64,000 bases of DNA, from the NCBI GenBank assembly GCA_964502095.1, contig CAZCUF010000011.1:10459-74458 (forward strand), read 5' to 3'. The notes below the pieces were generated by a model, which saw only the letters and a list, made by a program, of their open reading frames with translations, was not told the origin of the DNA and ran no database searches. Position 1 is the stretch's first letter, and every line of letters starts with the position of its first letter. The position numbers and the translations under genes were made by a program. Source of the DNA: an uncultured Anaerolineaceae bacterium. Its GTDB lineage: Bacteria; Chloroflexota; Anaerolineae; Anaerolineales; Villigracilaceae. Shown in pieces: positions 9,588 to 17,735 of the stretch.

Positions 9588-10076
9588 TTATGGGATCACA
9601 GGTTTTTCCCGATCGGTTAAATTGACGACGATGGCTTTGCTGGCGCGGACGAGTTGTTCGGGTGTGATGAAAATCTCTTCGCCCCACTGACCCGCTCCAA
9701 CGCCCAGCATTGATTCGTTCAAAAGGCTCGCTTCCAGAAAGGAACGGAATCCCTCGGTCTGCCAGCTAAATGGAGGAATCGAACCGATCACATAACCGGT
9801 CACTTCCTTGACGATTTCCGGCGCGGCCATTTGAATATTGCGCGAGCCGATGGCTTTTTTTAGATTCCCTGAAACGGCAGACTGATCCCCGCCGAGCATG
9901 ACCAGCACGCGCTCACCGCTATCCACTTGGAAGATCAGCGTCTTGACGGCTTGCCGTTCGGGAAAACCAAGCGTATGAGCCACGGAGGCGGCGCCTTTTT
10001 CTGTGGTTGAGGGAAAACTCTTCGCTTCGTATGGAATGTTCAATTTATCCAGATATAGATGAGCAGGCAGTTTCAT
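9588..10076 (-). CDS. YbaK/EbsC-type aminoacyl-tRNA deacylase (trans-editing domain)
   Basis: KTLIF...VLVMLGGDQ...NLKK...GYVIGSIPPF pattern. I place the start at ATG 10076 (MKLPAHLYLDKLNIPYE). The longer ORF-track form overlaps the upstream gene. Confidence 0.7.
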   Translation of the reverse strand: MKLPAHLYLDKLNIPYEAKSFPSTTEKGAASVAHTLGFPERQAVKTLIFQVDSGERVLVMLGGDQSAVSGNLKKAIGSRNIQMAAPEIVKEVTGYVIGSIPPFSWQTEGFRSFLEASLLNESMLGVGAGQWGEEIFITPEQLVRASKAIVVNLTDREKPVIP

Positions 10077-10095
10077 GATCTGTATCCTTGTAAAT

Positions 10096-11064
10096 TTACG
10101 CGGCTCCCGGCCGGCTGGATAGGTAGATGCCAAGCAGGATGAAGAGCGCGCCAAAGATCTTAAGCGTACCCGGCACTTCGCCCAAAATTATAAAAGCCAA
10201 TATGGACGAGCCGATCGGCTCTCCCAAATTTACAGTTGCGACCAATGTGGCGGGAATATATCTCAGCGCCCAATTGTATGTGGAGTGGCCGATCAATTGT
10301 GGGACTAGCGCCAATAATACAATCCAAAGATAGGTGACGGGTTTGTAGCCGGTCAGCGGTTCGCGGGTAATGAACACAGTTGCGAGCAAAGCCAACGCGG
10401 AGACGCTGTATACGAGAAAAATGTACGGAATCAAAGACATCCCAGCGCGCAATTTGCGGCCGATCACGAAATAGCCGGTCACAGCCCAGGCGCCCATCAG
10501 CGCGAGGAAATTGCCCCACATGGCCCGTCCCTCCAGTGCAGTGGACAGCGACGGACAGTTTAATCCGGAATTCCAACTGCACGCGTCGGCCAGGCCAACA
10601 ATTGTTCCGCCTAACAGCGAGAGCCCCAATCCCACCAATGCGGCGCGTGAAAGATGTTCTTTCAAGAAGATCGGCGAGACCAATGCCACCCATAACGGCC
10701 CGGTGCTGACGAATACAACCGAACTGGCCACGGTTGTATATTCGAGCGAGGAAATCCAAGTGGCGAAGTGCACAGCGAGAAATAAACCGGAAAACAGGGC
10801 CAGCCAAAGTTCCCGGCGTGTCAGCGCGCGCAATTCCGCGCTGTGACGCACCCAGGCGATGGGCGCAAGGGCAAGGCTGGCGACCGCGATGCGCAGGGCG
10901 GCGATCACGAGTGAGGGCGCGTCGCTTTGCGCGAAACGGATCAGAATCGCAGAGGTGGAAACAGCCAGGACAGCGGTCAGCAGGCCCAGGCCTGTTTTGA
11001 CCGAGATTCGACTTGGCGCGGGAGTATTTTCGAGAACGGCTGGTTCCGTGGGCGTGGAGGTCAT
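10096..11064 (-). CDS. EamA/DMT-family transporter (10 TM)
   Basis: 322 aa, two hydrophobic 5-TM halves, typical EamA repeat organisation. Confidence 0.75.
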   Translation of the reverse strand: MTSTPTEPAVLENTPAPSRISVKTGLGLLTAVLAVSTSAILIRFAQSDAPSLVIAALRIAVASLALAPIAWVRHSAELRALTRRELWLALFSGLFLAVHFATWISSLEYTTVASSVVFVSTGPLWVALVSPIFLKEHLSRAALVGLGLSLLGGTIVGLADACSWNSGLNCPSLSTALEGRAMWGNFLALMGAWAVTGYFVIGRKLRAGMSLIPYIFLVYSVSALALLATVFITREPLTGYKPVTYLWIVLLALVPQLIGHSTYNWALRYIPATLVATVNLGEPIGSSILAFIILGEVPGTLKIFGALFILLGIYLSSRPGAA

Positions 11065-11126
11065 GATGTCATCTTTTCGCGTTGGTATTGCGCAAGTATA
11101 AGCGAAATGCAGTGAATCATTTTAGC

Positions 11127-11155
11127 TTGACAGGCTCATTGGGCGGGAATACAAT
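11127..11155 (+). promoter_or_regulatory. sigma70-type promoter for sodA (TTGACA-17-TACAAT)
   Basis: TTGACA at 11127-11132, a 17-nt spacer, TACAAT at 11150-11155. It is about 60 nt upstream of the sodA ATG. Confidence 0.5.
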
Positions 11156-11216
11156 TTTTGTTATAATTATCTTAAATATCTGCCGCGTGGCAGAATCATT
11201 TATAAAGGAGAGGATC

Positions 11217-11822
11217 ATGGCATACGAACTTCCAAAGCTGGCATACGCGTACGATGCTCTTGAACCGCACATCGACGCGCGCACAATGGAGATTCATCAC
11301 ACGAAACATCATCAGGCTTATATTACCAATTTGAACGGCGCGTTGGATAAACACCCCGAACTGGCGAAAAAATCGCTCGAGAGTTTGTTGAGCGATTTGA
11401 ATTCCGTGCCTGAAGATATACGCACCGCTGTCCGGAATCACGGCGGCGGAACGTGGAACCATTCGATGTTTTGGGAAATTATGAGTCCGAAGAAAGGCGG
11501 CGCGCCGAAGGACGAATTGGCGAAGGCAATTGACGCGTCTTTTAAATCGTTCGACGCGTTCAAGGAAGATTTCGCCAAAACGGCCAATGGGCGCTTTGGT
11601 TCCGGCTGGGCCTGGCTTGTGAAGAAGGGCAGTGGGCTGGCTGTTGTTTCCACGGCGAATCAGGATAATCCCTTCTCGGACGGTGTGACGCCCATTTTGG
11701 GAGTCGACGTATGGGAACACGCCTATTATCTGCATTACCAAAACCGCCGCGCGGATTATGTAACCGCCTGGTGGAATGTAGTCAACTGGGATGCGGTTGC
11801 CGAACGGTTTGCCGCTAAATAG
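11217..11822 (+). CDS. sodA: Fe/Mn superoxide dismutase
   Basis: [32 protein letters not shown] and DVWEHAYYL motifs. AAAGGAGAGG Shine-Dalgarno before ATG 11217. The ORF-track start at 11082 looks like an upstream extension. Confidence 0.9.
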   Translation: MAYELPKLAYAYDALEPHIDARTMEIHHTKHHQAYITNLNGALDKHPELAKKSLESLLSDLNSVPEDIRTAVRNHGGGTWNHSMFWEIMSPKKGGAPKDELAKAIDASFKSFDAFKEDFAKTANGRFGSGWAWLVKKGSGLAVVSTANQDNPFSDGVTPILGVDVWEHAYYLHYQNRRADYVTAWWNVVNWDAVAERFAAK

Positions 11823-11829
11823 TTCGATA

Positions 11830-11859
11830 AAAAGAGATGGAAAACCCCATCTCTTTTTT
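11830..11859 (+). terminator. Rho-independent terminator after sodA
   Basis: AAAAGAGATGG / CCATCTCTTTT stem followed by a T-run. Confidence 0.75.
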
Positions 11860-11946
11860 ATTCCAATGGATTTTAGTCTTGCGCGCTGTAGGAAGCAGGA
11901 TATAATTGCGCCGATTTGAACCGTCAAAATTCACAGGAGGTTTCGC

Positions 11947-12360
11947 GTGACCCATATTATTACCAGCTTGTGCGTGCGTGACCGCGGCTGTATTGATGTT
12001 TGTCCGGTGGAGTGCATGATCCCGGGTTTTCCGCTCGATGAGTGGCCCTGGATTTACATTGACCCCGATACTTGTATTGATTGCGGCGCATGCGTTCCGG
12101 AGTGTCCGTACGCCGCCATCTTCCCTGAGGATGAAGTGCCCGCGGCTTACACAGCGAAAGGCGGGGAGCCTATCAGTAAAATTGACCTGACCGGCCACTT
12201 TGAAGCGGTCAACCATCACGGCAATCCGATCATTCTGGATACCGTTAGATTGCTGGAAGCTGGCGAGGTGCTCGATTTTACGCCCGACATCAAACCCAAT
12301 TACGATTTCTTCAAAACCGGTCCCGGTTATACCGCCAAAGATAGCGATGACGGCAGGTAA
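11947..12360 (+). CDS. Ferredoxin with two Cys clusters (7Fe/8Fe type) and a C-terminal extension
   Basis: CVRDRGCIDVCPVEC and CIDCGACVPECP motifs. GTG start. 137 aa. Confidence 0.8.
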   Translation: MTHIITSLCVRDRGCIDVCPVECMIPGFPLDEWPWIYIDPDTCIDCGACVPECPYAAIFPEDEVPAAYTAKGGEPISKIDLTGHFEAVNHHGNPIILDTVRLLEAGEVLDFTPDIKPNYDFFKTGPGYTAKDSDDGR

Positions 12361-12375
12361 TTGAATCCGCAAGTA

Positions 12376-12405
12376 AAAAGCCGGGCGAAAGTCCGGCTTT
12401 TGTTT
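12376..12405. terminator. Bidirectional hairpin terminator
   Basis: AAGCCGG / CCGGCTT stem flanked by A- and T-runs, between a convergent gene pair. Confidence 0.65.
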
Positions 12406-12416
12406 TAAATCCATGT

Positions 12417-14837
12417 TTATGGCTGGCGGGCTTTATCGAGCAGGGACCTTCCAATTTGCCAGGCCAGCGTCAAATTATTTTCCTCGATCGCCACAACGAC
12501 AACCAGCGGCGTTCCCTGTAAATCTGGCGAAGTTCCGCCGATGTACCAGCTGATCGTTTCCGTATTCTCCGACGACCAGCTGACATATTCCCAATAGGAT
12601 TGTTTCGCGGCGATAAAAGACCGCGCCGCCTCATCCGCCGCCGACGGCTGGATCGCTTGAACCGGCTGATCCAACGCCGGTAGAATGACCCATCCCTGCT
12701 GAGGGGTTTTCACCGCCAACGCGATCCGTGAAGCGGGCACCAGACCGTGATTGCTCAGCGCCGCGGCCGCCAGCGCGGTCTGCAGAGGCGTTACGCGAAA
12801 ATCGCTTAAGTCTTTATTCTTTGCATCTGGCGCAACTGGCATGCGTATTTGCGGCGCACGGAATAGTCCGAGTTTTGAATAAAAAGTTTGCAAGTCCTTG
12901 TCGCTGGGTTTTTGCGCGCCAAACTCTGCCTGCGCCAACGGCTGTAATAGGTTCCCCGGCGGATACAAACCCTGCGCCGCGCGGTTGATCAAAGGCGCGC
13001 GGGGATCCTGTGCGAGTGCAGACCCCTGTTCCCTGAGTAGGTTGGGATCAAAGCCGGGATGGGAAGCCATGATGAACACTTCGCCGCTTTGCGCGTTGAG
13101 CAGAACGATTGCGCCGGTATGATTGCCCAGCAATTTGTCTGCGGTTGTTTGCAGGGACAAATCCAGACTCAAACGCACATCCAGGCCCGGCGGGGGAGTG
13201 CCGTAGAGCAGGTAATCCCACCAAAGCAAACTGGCCGGGTTGCCCTGCAGGCCGCGTAGATAGTTATCGAGGCTGGCTTCCAAACCAGCCTGTCCGAACA
13301 CGGGATCGGTGTAGCCGATGATTGGGCCCAAAGCCGGATACTCATATTGGCGCGTGTAACTGCCACTGGCGCCCACCGTTTTATCCAGGGGATTGTCTGC
13401 ACGGTCAATGATGTTGCCGCGCGGAACATAACGATCTGCAATGGCGCGGCGCGGATTGTCGGTTCGTTCCAGCAGATCGGGGCCGCGTATCACTGTCCAC
13501 CAAATTCCGCTGAGGGCGGCGGCCGCGAGTCCCAACCCCAGCAGAATGGAAAGCCCCATGAAAGGTTGAGCCGAGGCCAGAGGCGCGGGTTCTTCTTCTG
13601 TTTTAGCGCTGATCACAAGCAGAAGCCAGATAGCAATAAAGGCAGTTATCAACGATGAACCGCCATAGGAGACAAACGGCAGAGTCACTCCGGTGAGCGG
13701 AACCAGACGGAGGTTGCCGCCGATGATTACTAGACTCTGGACGCCGAGATATGCAGTCAACCCGGCGGCAAGGAATCGCCGGAAACGGTCGGGTGCGTTG
13801 AGCGCGGCGCGCAAGCCGCGGCTGATGAGCAGTCCAAGAACGGCGAGCAGGCCGATCATCCCGATAAGACCGGTTTCTTCCACGATCGCCGAGAAAATAA
13901 AATCGGAAATCGCGACCGGCACCAGCGTCGGGCTTCCCAAACCGGGGCCGCGTCCGATCACGCCGCCGTTGGCAATGGCGAGCAGGGATTGCACGATCTG
14001 ATAAGAACGTCCGCTGGGATCGTTCCAGGGACTCAACCAGGCGTTGACGCGAATCTGAATTACGCTGATAAAGAAATAGCCAACCAGCCCTGCCAGGGCC
14101 AGCGCTCCGCCTGTGAAAAGCAGGGTGCGGCGGCGCGCGGTGGCAATGTAAAGCACAAAGGTGAACAGGAGAATAAAAATGGAAGCGGTGCCGAGGTCCC
14201 GTTGAATCAACAAGATAAGAAGCGCGAGTCCAGTGACGAAGAGTGTCGGCAAAATCAGTGGAAAGATTTTTAGATGGATCGGTAAACGATCTGCAAGATA
14301 AGCGGAAAGAAAGACGATCAACAAAAGTTTCAACGGCTCCGACGGCTGGAAATAAACGCCACAACAACCGAGCCATAAACGCGGGCCATAGCCTTCGGGG
14401 TTTGTTCCGAAGATCAATGTCAGCGCGGTAAGAAGTAAACCGCTGGTGAGTAACAGGTATTTATAGCGGCGGAGAAATTCGATCTTGATGTGGAAGCGGA
14501 CGGCCAATATCAGAACGCCGAAGCTCAACCCGAGCCAGATCATTTGGCGCAGTCCGAAATTTGAATCGAGCCGCCAGATTGTCAGCAATCCCCAGCCGCT
14601 GAGCAGGGCGGCCACCGGCAAAATATAGGGATCGCGGTCAGAGAGATGCGCGGCAGTGATTCGGTTTGCCGCGGCGACGATGAGTATCCAGACCAAGAAA
14701 CCCAGCCAGTGCGACCAGCGATATGTGACCGCGAAACTCCTCTCGCGGACGGCGGGTGAGAGGGTGAGAATCAGCGAATATAAAAAAAGAAAACCTGCGG
14801 CCCAACGCAGCAGGCGGTTTTGAATCGCATCGGTCAT
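12417..14837 (-). CDS. Fusion protein: SEDS peptidoglycan polymerase (RodA/FtsW family) + class-B PBP-like module with a degenerate transpeptidase domain
   Basis: aa 1-410 carry the SEDS motifs (FQPSEPLKL, RDLGTA, GRGPGLG...VAISDFIFSAIVEETGLIG, LPFVSYGGSS). aa 425-450 form an extra TM. aa 450-806 are PBP2/PbpA-like (GAIVLLNAQSGEVFIMASHPGFDPN, VTPLQTALAAAALSNHG). The active-site positions read N-L-L-Q instead of S-x-x-K. Confidence 0.85.
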   Translation of the reverse strand: MTDAIQNRLLRWAAGFLFLYSLILTLSPAVRERSFAVTYRWSHWLGFLVWILIVAAANRITAAHLSDRDPYILPVAALLSGWGLLTIWRLDSNFGLRQMIWLGLSFGVLILAVRFHIKIEFLRRYKYLLLTSGLLLTALTLIFGTNPEGYGPRLWLGCCGVYFQPSEPLKLLLIVFLSAYLADRLPIHLKIFPLILPTLFVTGLALLILLIQRDLGTASIFILLFTFVLYIATARRRTLLFTGGALALAGLVGYFFISVIQIRVNAWLSPWNDPSGRSYQIVQSLLAIANGGVIGRGPGLGSPTLVPVAISDFIFSAIVEETGLIGMIGLLAVLGLLISRGLRAALNAPDRFRRFLAAGLTAYLGVQSLVIIGGNLRLVPLTGVTLPFVSYGGSSLITAFIAIWLLLVISAKTEEEPAPLASAQPFMGLSILLGLGLAAAALSGIWWTVIRGPDLLERTDNPRRAIADRYVPRGNIIDRADNPLDKTVGASGSYTRQYEYPALGPIIGYTDPVFGQAGLEASLDNYLRGLQGNPASLLWWDYLLYGTPPPGLDVRLSLDLSLQTTADKLLGNHTGAIVLLNAQSGEVFIMASHPGFDPNLLREQGSALAQDPRAPLINRAAQGLYPPGNLLQPLAQAEFGAQKPSDKDLQTFYSKLGLFRAPQIRMPVAPDAKNKDLSDFRVTPLQTALAAAALSNHGLVPASRIALAVKTPQQGWVILPALDQPVQAIQPSAADEAARSFIAAKQSYWEYVSWSSENTETISWYIGGTSPDLQGTPLVVVVAIEENNLTLAWQIGRSLLDKARQP

Positions 14838-14846
14838 GACATTATC

Positions 14847-15713
14847 TTACTTCAAGTACTTCTTTACAAGCAAATCGAGCTTTTGGCGCGTGGCAGGCGG
14901 AATCGCATCCGGCTGTGTGATGAGCGCGTTGGCCAGGGCAGATTCACAGTCGCATTTTCTTTCAGAGTCCAAATCTCGCGCCAGCGCCCGAACTGCTTCC
15001 TGCGCCAAAGCTGTATTTTTGTTCAAGGTTTGAATCACCAGTTCAACCGTCACCGGGGACTCGGTGGTATGCCAGACATCGTAGTCTGTTACGTGCGCCA
15101 TAACCGCGTAACACATTTCCGCCTCGCACGCTAGAAATGCTTCAGGAGAGGTGGTCATTCCGATCAGCGACATGCCCCAGGCACGATAGGCGTTCGACTC
15201 GGCTTTGGTCGAGAAGCGCGGGCCTTCGATGGTGATAAAGGCGCCGCCGTGATGAGTCGTTGCGCCAGCCGCGCGTACCGCGCGTTCCAATTGCGCCGAA
15301 AGATCGCCGCAAAACGGCTCAGCTACACTGATATGCGCGACCAAGCCCTCGCTGAAGAATGTGCGTGCGCGGTCTTTGGTGAAATCAAAGAGTTGATCGG
15401 GGATCGCAATGTGCCCAGGCGCATAATCCTCGCGCAAAGAACCGCAGGCGCTGATGCTGACGATTCTTTCGACCCCCAGCGATTTCAACGCGTAAATGTT
15501 GGCGCGATAATTTATCTCGGAGGGCGAAATGTGATGACCGATCCCATGCCGCGCCAGAAAGGCCACTGTTCTGCCTTCCAGCTTTCCCACAATGACGGGC
15601 GCGCTGGGCTTTCCGAAAGGCGTAGCGATCGCGCGTTCCTGCGTATCTCGCAGGCCGGGCATGGCGTACAACCCTGAACCGCCGATTACAGCAAATGATA
15701 TTTTTTCCGGCAT
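14847..15713 (-). CDS. mtnP: S-methyl-5'-thioadenosine phosphorylase (PNP/MTAP family)
   Basis: FAVIGGSGLY, ARHG..H.ISPSEINYRANIYALK, and EGPRFSTKAES...MTTSPE motifs. Confidence 0.85.
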   Translation of the reverse strand: MPEKISFAVIGGSGLYAMPGLRDTQERAIATPFGKPSAPVIVGKLEGRTVAFLARHGIGHHISPSEINYRANIYALKSLGVERIVSISACGSLREDYAPGHIAIPDQLFDFTKDRARTFFSEGLVAHISVAEPFCGDLSAQLERAVRAAGATTHHGGAFITIEGPRFSTKAESNAYRAWGMSLIGMTTSPEAFLACEAEMCYAVMAHVTDYDVWHTTESPVTVELVIQTLNKNTALAQEAVRALARDLDSERKCDCESALANALITQPDAIPPATRQKLDLLVKKYLK

Positions 15714-15728
15714 GGGCGCTCCGCAGAC

Positions 15729-16166
15729 TCAGGCAGGTTCTATGGTTCGGACAACGATACGCGTGGAGCCTAAAACAATCTCGTCGCCGGTTGTCAACAC
15801 AATCGGCTGGGCAACGGTCTCCTGATTTAAGCGCGTGCCGTTTGTAGAGTTCAGATCCTCCAGCCACCATTGCCCGTGATGAAAAATCAAACGCGCGTGG
15901 CGCGCTGAGACGGTTTCATCGGCGACGGATATATCGCAGATCGGGTCCCGTCCAAGCATAATCTCCGGCTGAATAAAATGTTTAACGCCGCCGGCTTCCT
16001 CGCTCCCAGCTTGAACGGTGAGGTTGATGCCGGGAATTCGGCGTGAAGCCACCCCCGCCGCCTGACGATGCACATCCTGCCATAATGTGTATAACGCCCA
16101 GCCCAGAAATCCATACAAGGCGAACGCCAGCAGGAGGCGCAGGACCAGGACAATCGATCCGCTCAT
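15729..16166 (-). CDS. FhaB/FipA-like protein: N-terminal TM helix + FHA domain
   Basis: 145 aa. TM helix IVLVLRLLLAFALYGFLGWALYTLW. FHA signature LGRDP..DISV.D..VSARHARL......WWLEDLNSTNGTRLN. ATGA overlap with the upstream gene. Confidence 0.75.
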   Translation of the reverse strand: MSGSIVLVLRLLLAFALYGFLGWALYTLWQDVHRQAAGVASRRIPGINLTVQAGSEEAGGVKHFIQPEIMLGRDPICDISVADETVSARHARLIFHHGQWWLEDLNSTNGTRLNQETVAQPIVLTTGDEIVLGSTRIVVRTIEPA

Positions 16167-17005
16167 TTATTGTTGTTGTTTTTGAGTTTGGCGGTGGAAT
16201 GATCTTTTAAGATCGCGGTCGGCCTGTCGGAGGTGGCAGGCTGGAAGGGCGCGGTATCCAGCAGGTCCGGGCGTTGAGGCGGGTTGTCCTGCCCGAAGAT
16301 GAGGGCTACTCCGGCCAGTGAAATCACGTCGCCCGGATACAGCACGGATTGGCTGGCGCGCTGTCCATTGACGAACGTGCCGCCGGTCGAATTTAGATCG
16401 AACAGCACAAAGCGCCCGTTGATGGCGCGCAATTGTGCGTGATTGCGGGAGATGCGCGGGTCGTCGATCACCAGCTGATTATCCATGCGGCGGCCGATGT
16501 TGACCACCGAATCTTTGAGCGGGAACACTTTGACGCCCTCGATGATCAGAAACGCGTTTTCGGGAATCCGATCGTCCTCGTTGGTTTCGGCGTTTTCGTT
16601 TGGCATGCCTTTTGTCTCGGCCATAGGATCTACCCGATGTGATGCCACTACATTGACATCCTTGAGTGAAAGAGATTTGTCGGTTGAAATGCTGATGACT
16701 GGCTTGGATATGAACTTATAACCTGCTTCCTGCCCGGCGTCGGTGAGCGCCTCGATTAAAATGTCCAACAGTCCCGGCTTTTGCCAATAGTTGACGGCTT
16801 CCGGATGCACGATCACGGTATATACATTGGGCGCCAGAGCGGCGCCGTCTTCCTGCGTGACCAGATTGGCATGCATCGCTCCGGCCAGGTTTCGAATGGC
16901 TACTTCCTCCACGCTTTGGCTGGGCAGGGCGTTTAGCAGTCGGACCTCCACCAGGTTTTGCAAACGGGCTTCCAAGTCATTTAGGTTCATACTTGCTGAA
17001 GGCAT
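16163..17005 (-). CDS. FhaA-like protein: DUF3662-type N-terminal domain + C-terminal FHA domain
   Basis: N-terminus LEARLQNLVE...APNVYTVIVHPE...EAGYKF resembles the FhaA N-domain. C-terminal FHA signature (IGRRMDNQLVIDDPRISRNHAQL...LFDLNSTGGTFVNG). The start is uncertain: ATG 17005 or 16990. The ORF-track start at 17155 overlaps the upstream gene. Confidence 0.7.
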   Translation of the reverse strand: MPSASMNLNDLEARLQNLVEVRLLNALPSQSVEEVAIRNLAGAMHANLVTQEDGAALAPNVYTVIVHPEAVNYWQKPGLLDILIEALTDAGQEAGYKFISKPVISISTDKSLSLKDVNVVASHRVDPMAETKGMPNENAETNEDDRIPENAFLIIEGVKVFPLKDSVVNIGRRMDNQLVIDDPRISRNHAQLRAINGRFVLFDLNSTGGTFVNGQRASQSVLYPGDVISLAGVALIFGQDNPPQRPDLLDTAPFQPATSDRPTAILKDHSTAKLKNNNNK

Positions 17006-17076
17006 TATAGAGGGGAGGGGGGGATTCTGCAAGTCATTTTTCCCGGCCACTTTGCCTATTTGAAAACAATCCCCGC

Positions 17077-17685
17077 TTAAGGCGGGGATCGATGAAAGAC
17101 TGGCTTTCCGCAATTCGGACAATTCGCTTCCCCCCGCTTTAGCACAAACCCGCAATTAGGGCAGGTCGTTGGCTGTGCGCTTCCCAGGGGCGCGCCGCAG
17201 GCGATGCAGGCGGGTTCGCCTATCGGATTGGCGGTTCCGCAGTATTCACAAGTTATGCGACTCAGTCTCTCAGAGAGTTGTTTCGAAGCGCCCAGCGTGC
17301 GCGCGCATTCGTTGATCACGCGCCAGATGTTCTCGCTTAACTGGATGTTTTGGATATCCTGCGCAATATCGTCCAGGCGGGTCAATAAATTCAGCGGGTT
17401 GCGCAGCGCCCACAATGCCGTCGTCCCCAAACTGGCGGCTACACCGAGCCAGGCTTGCTGGCCAAGCTCGACCATCAGCCCATCTGCCACCTTGCGGATG
17501 CTGACCGTGAGCGCGGTCTCGCCGCCCGAGCTTACGCCCGGCCGCGACCCAATCTGCACCACCATCATTGTGTTGTCGCTTTGGCTTAAAGCTTGCGCGC
17601 GCAAATTTCCGCGATTGAATTCGGCCATAAGGGCCTGCGCTATATCATTGGGAGTCAGCGAGCCATGGAAAATTCTTCGTTCCAT
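17077..17685 (-). CDS. Hypothetical protein with C-terminal double zinc ribbon
   Basis: 202 aa. CEYCG...CIACG...CPNCG...CPNCG gives four CxxC pairs. The N-terminal about 140 aa match no family I recognise. It is the first gene of the FHA/SEDS-direction gene string. Confidence 0.55.
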   Translation of the reverse strand: MERRIFHGSLTPNDIAQALMAEFNRGNLRAQALSQSDNTMMVVQIGSRPGVSSGGETALTVSIRKVADGLMVELGQQAWLGVAASLGTTALWALRNPLNLLTRLDDIAQDIQNIQLSENIWRVINECARTLGASKQLSERLSRITCEYCGTANPIGEPACIACGAPLGSAQPTTCPNCGFVLKRGEANCPNCGKPVFHRSPP

Positions 17686-17735
17686 CTTTTCGATTATAAT
17701 CGCCTTCGCGATTCTCCTTGTGAATACTTACGAAA

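Noticed and set aside
10160-10807. 215-aa alternative-frame ORF within the EamA transporter gene
   Set aside because: The transporter frame gives regular TM helices. This frame gives Arg/Gly-rich sequence with no features.
13603-14376. 257-aa ORF on the same strand as the SEDS-PBP gene but in another frame, plus several smaller overlapping ORFs (12728-14431)
   Set aside because: The SEDS motifs occupy the annotated frame continuously. The alternative frames are Arg/Pro/Ser-rich without motifs.
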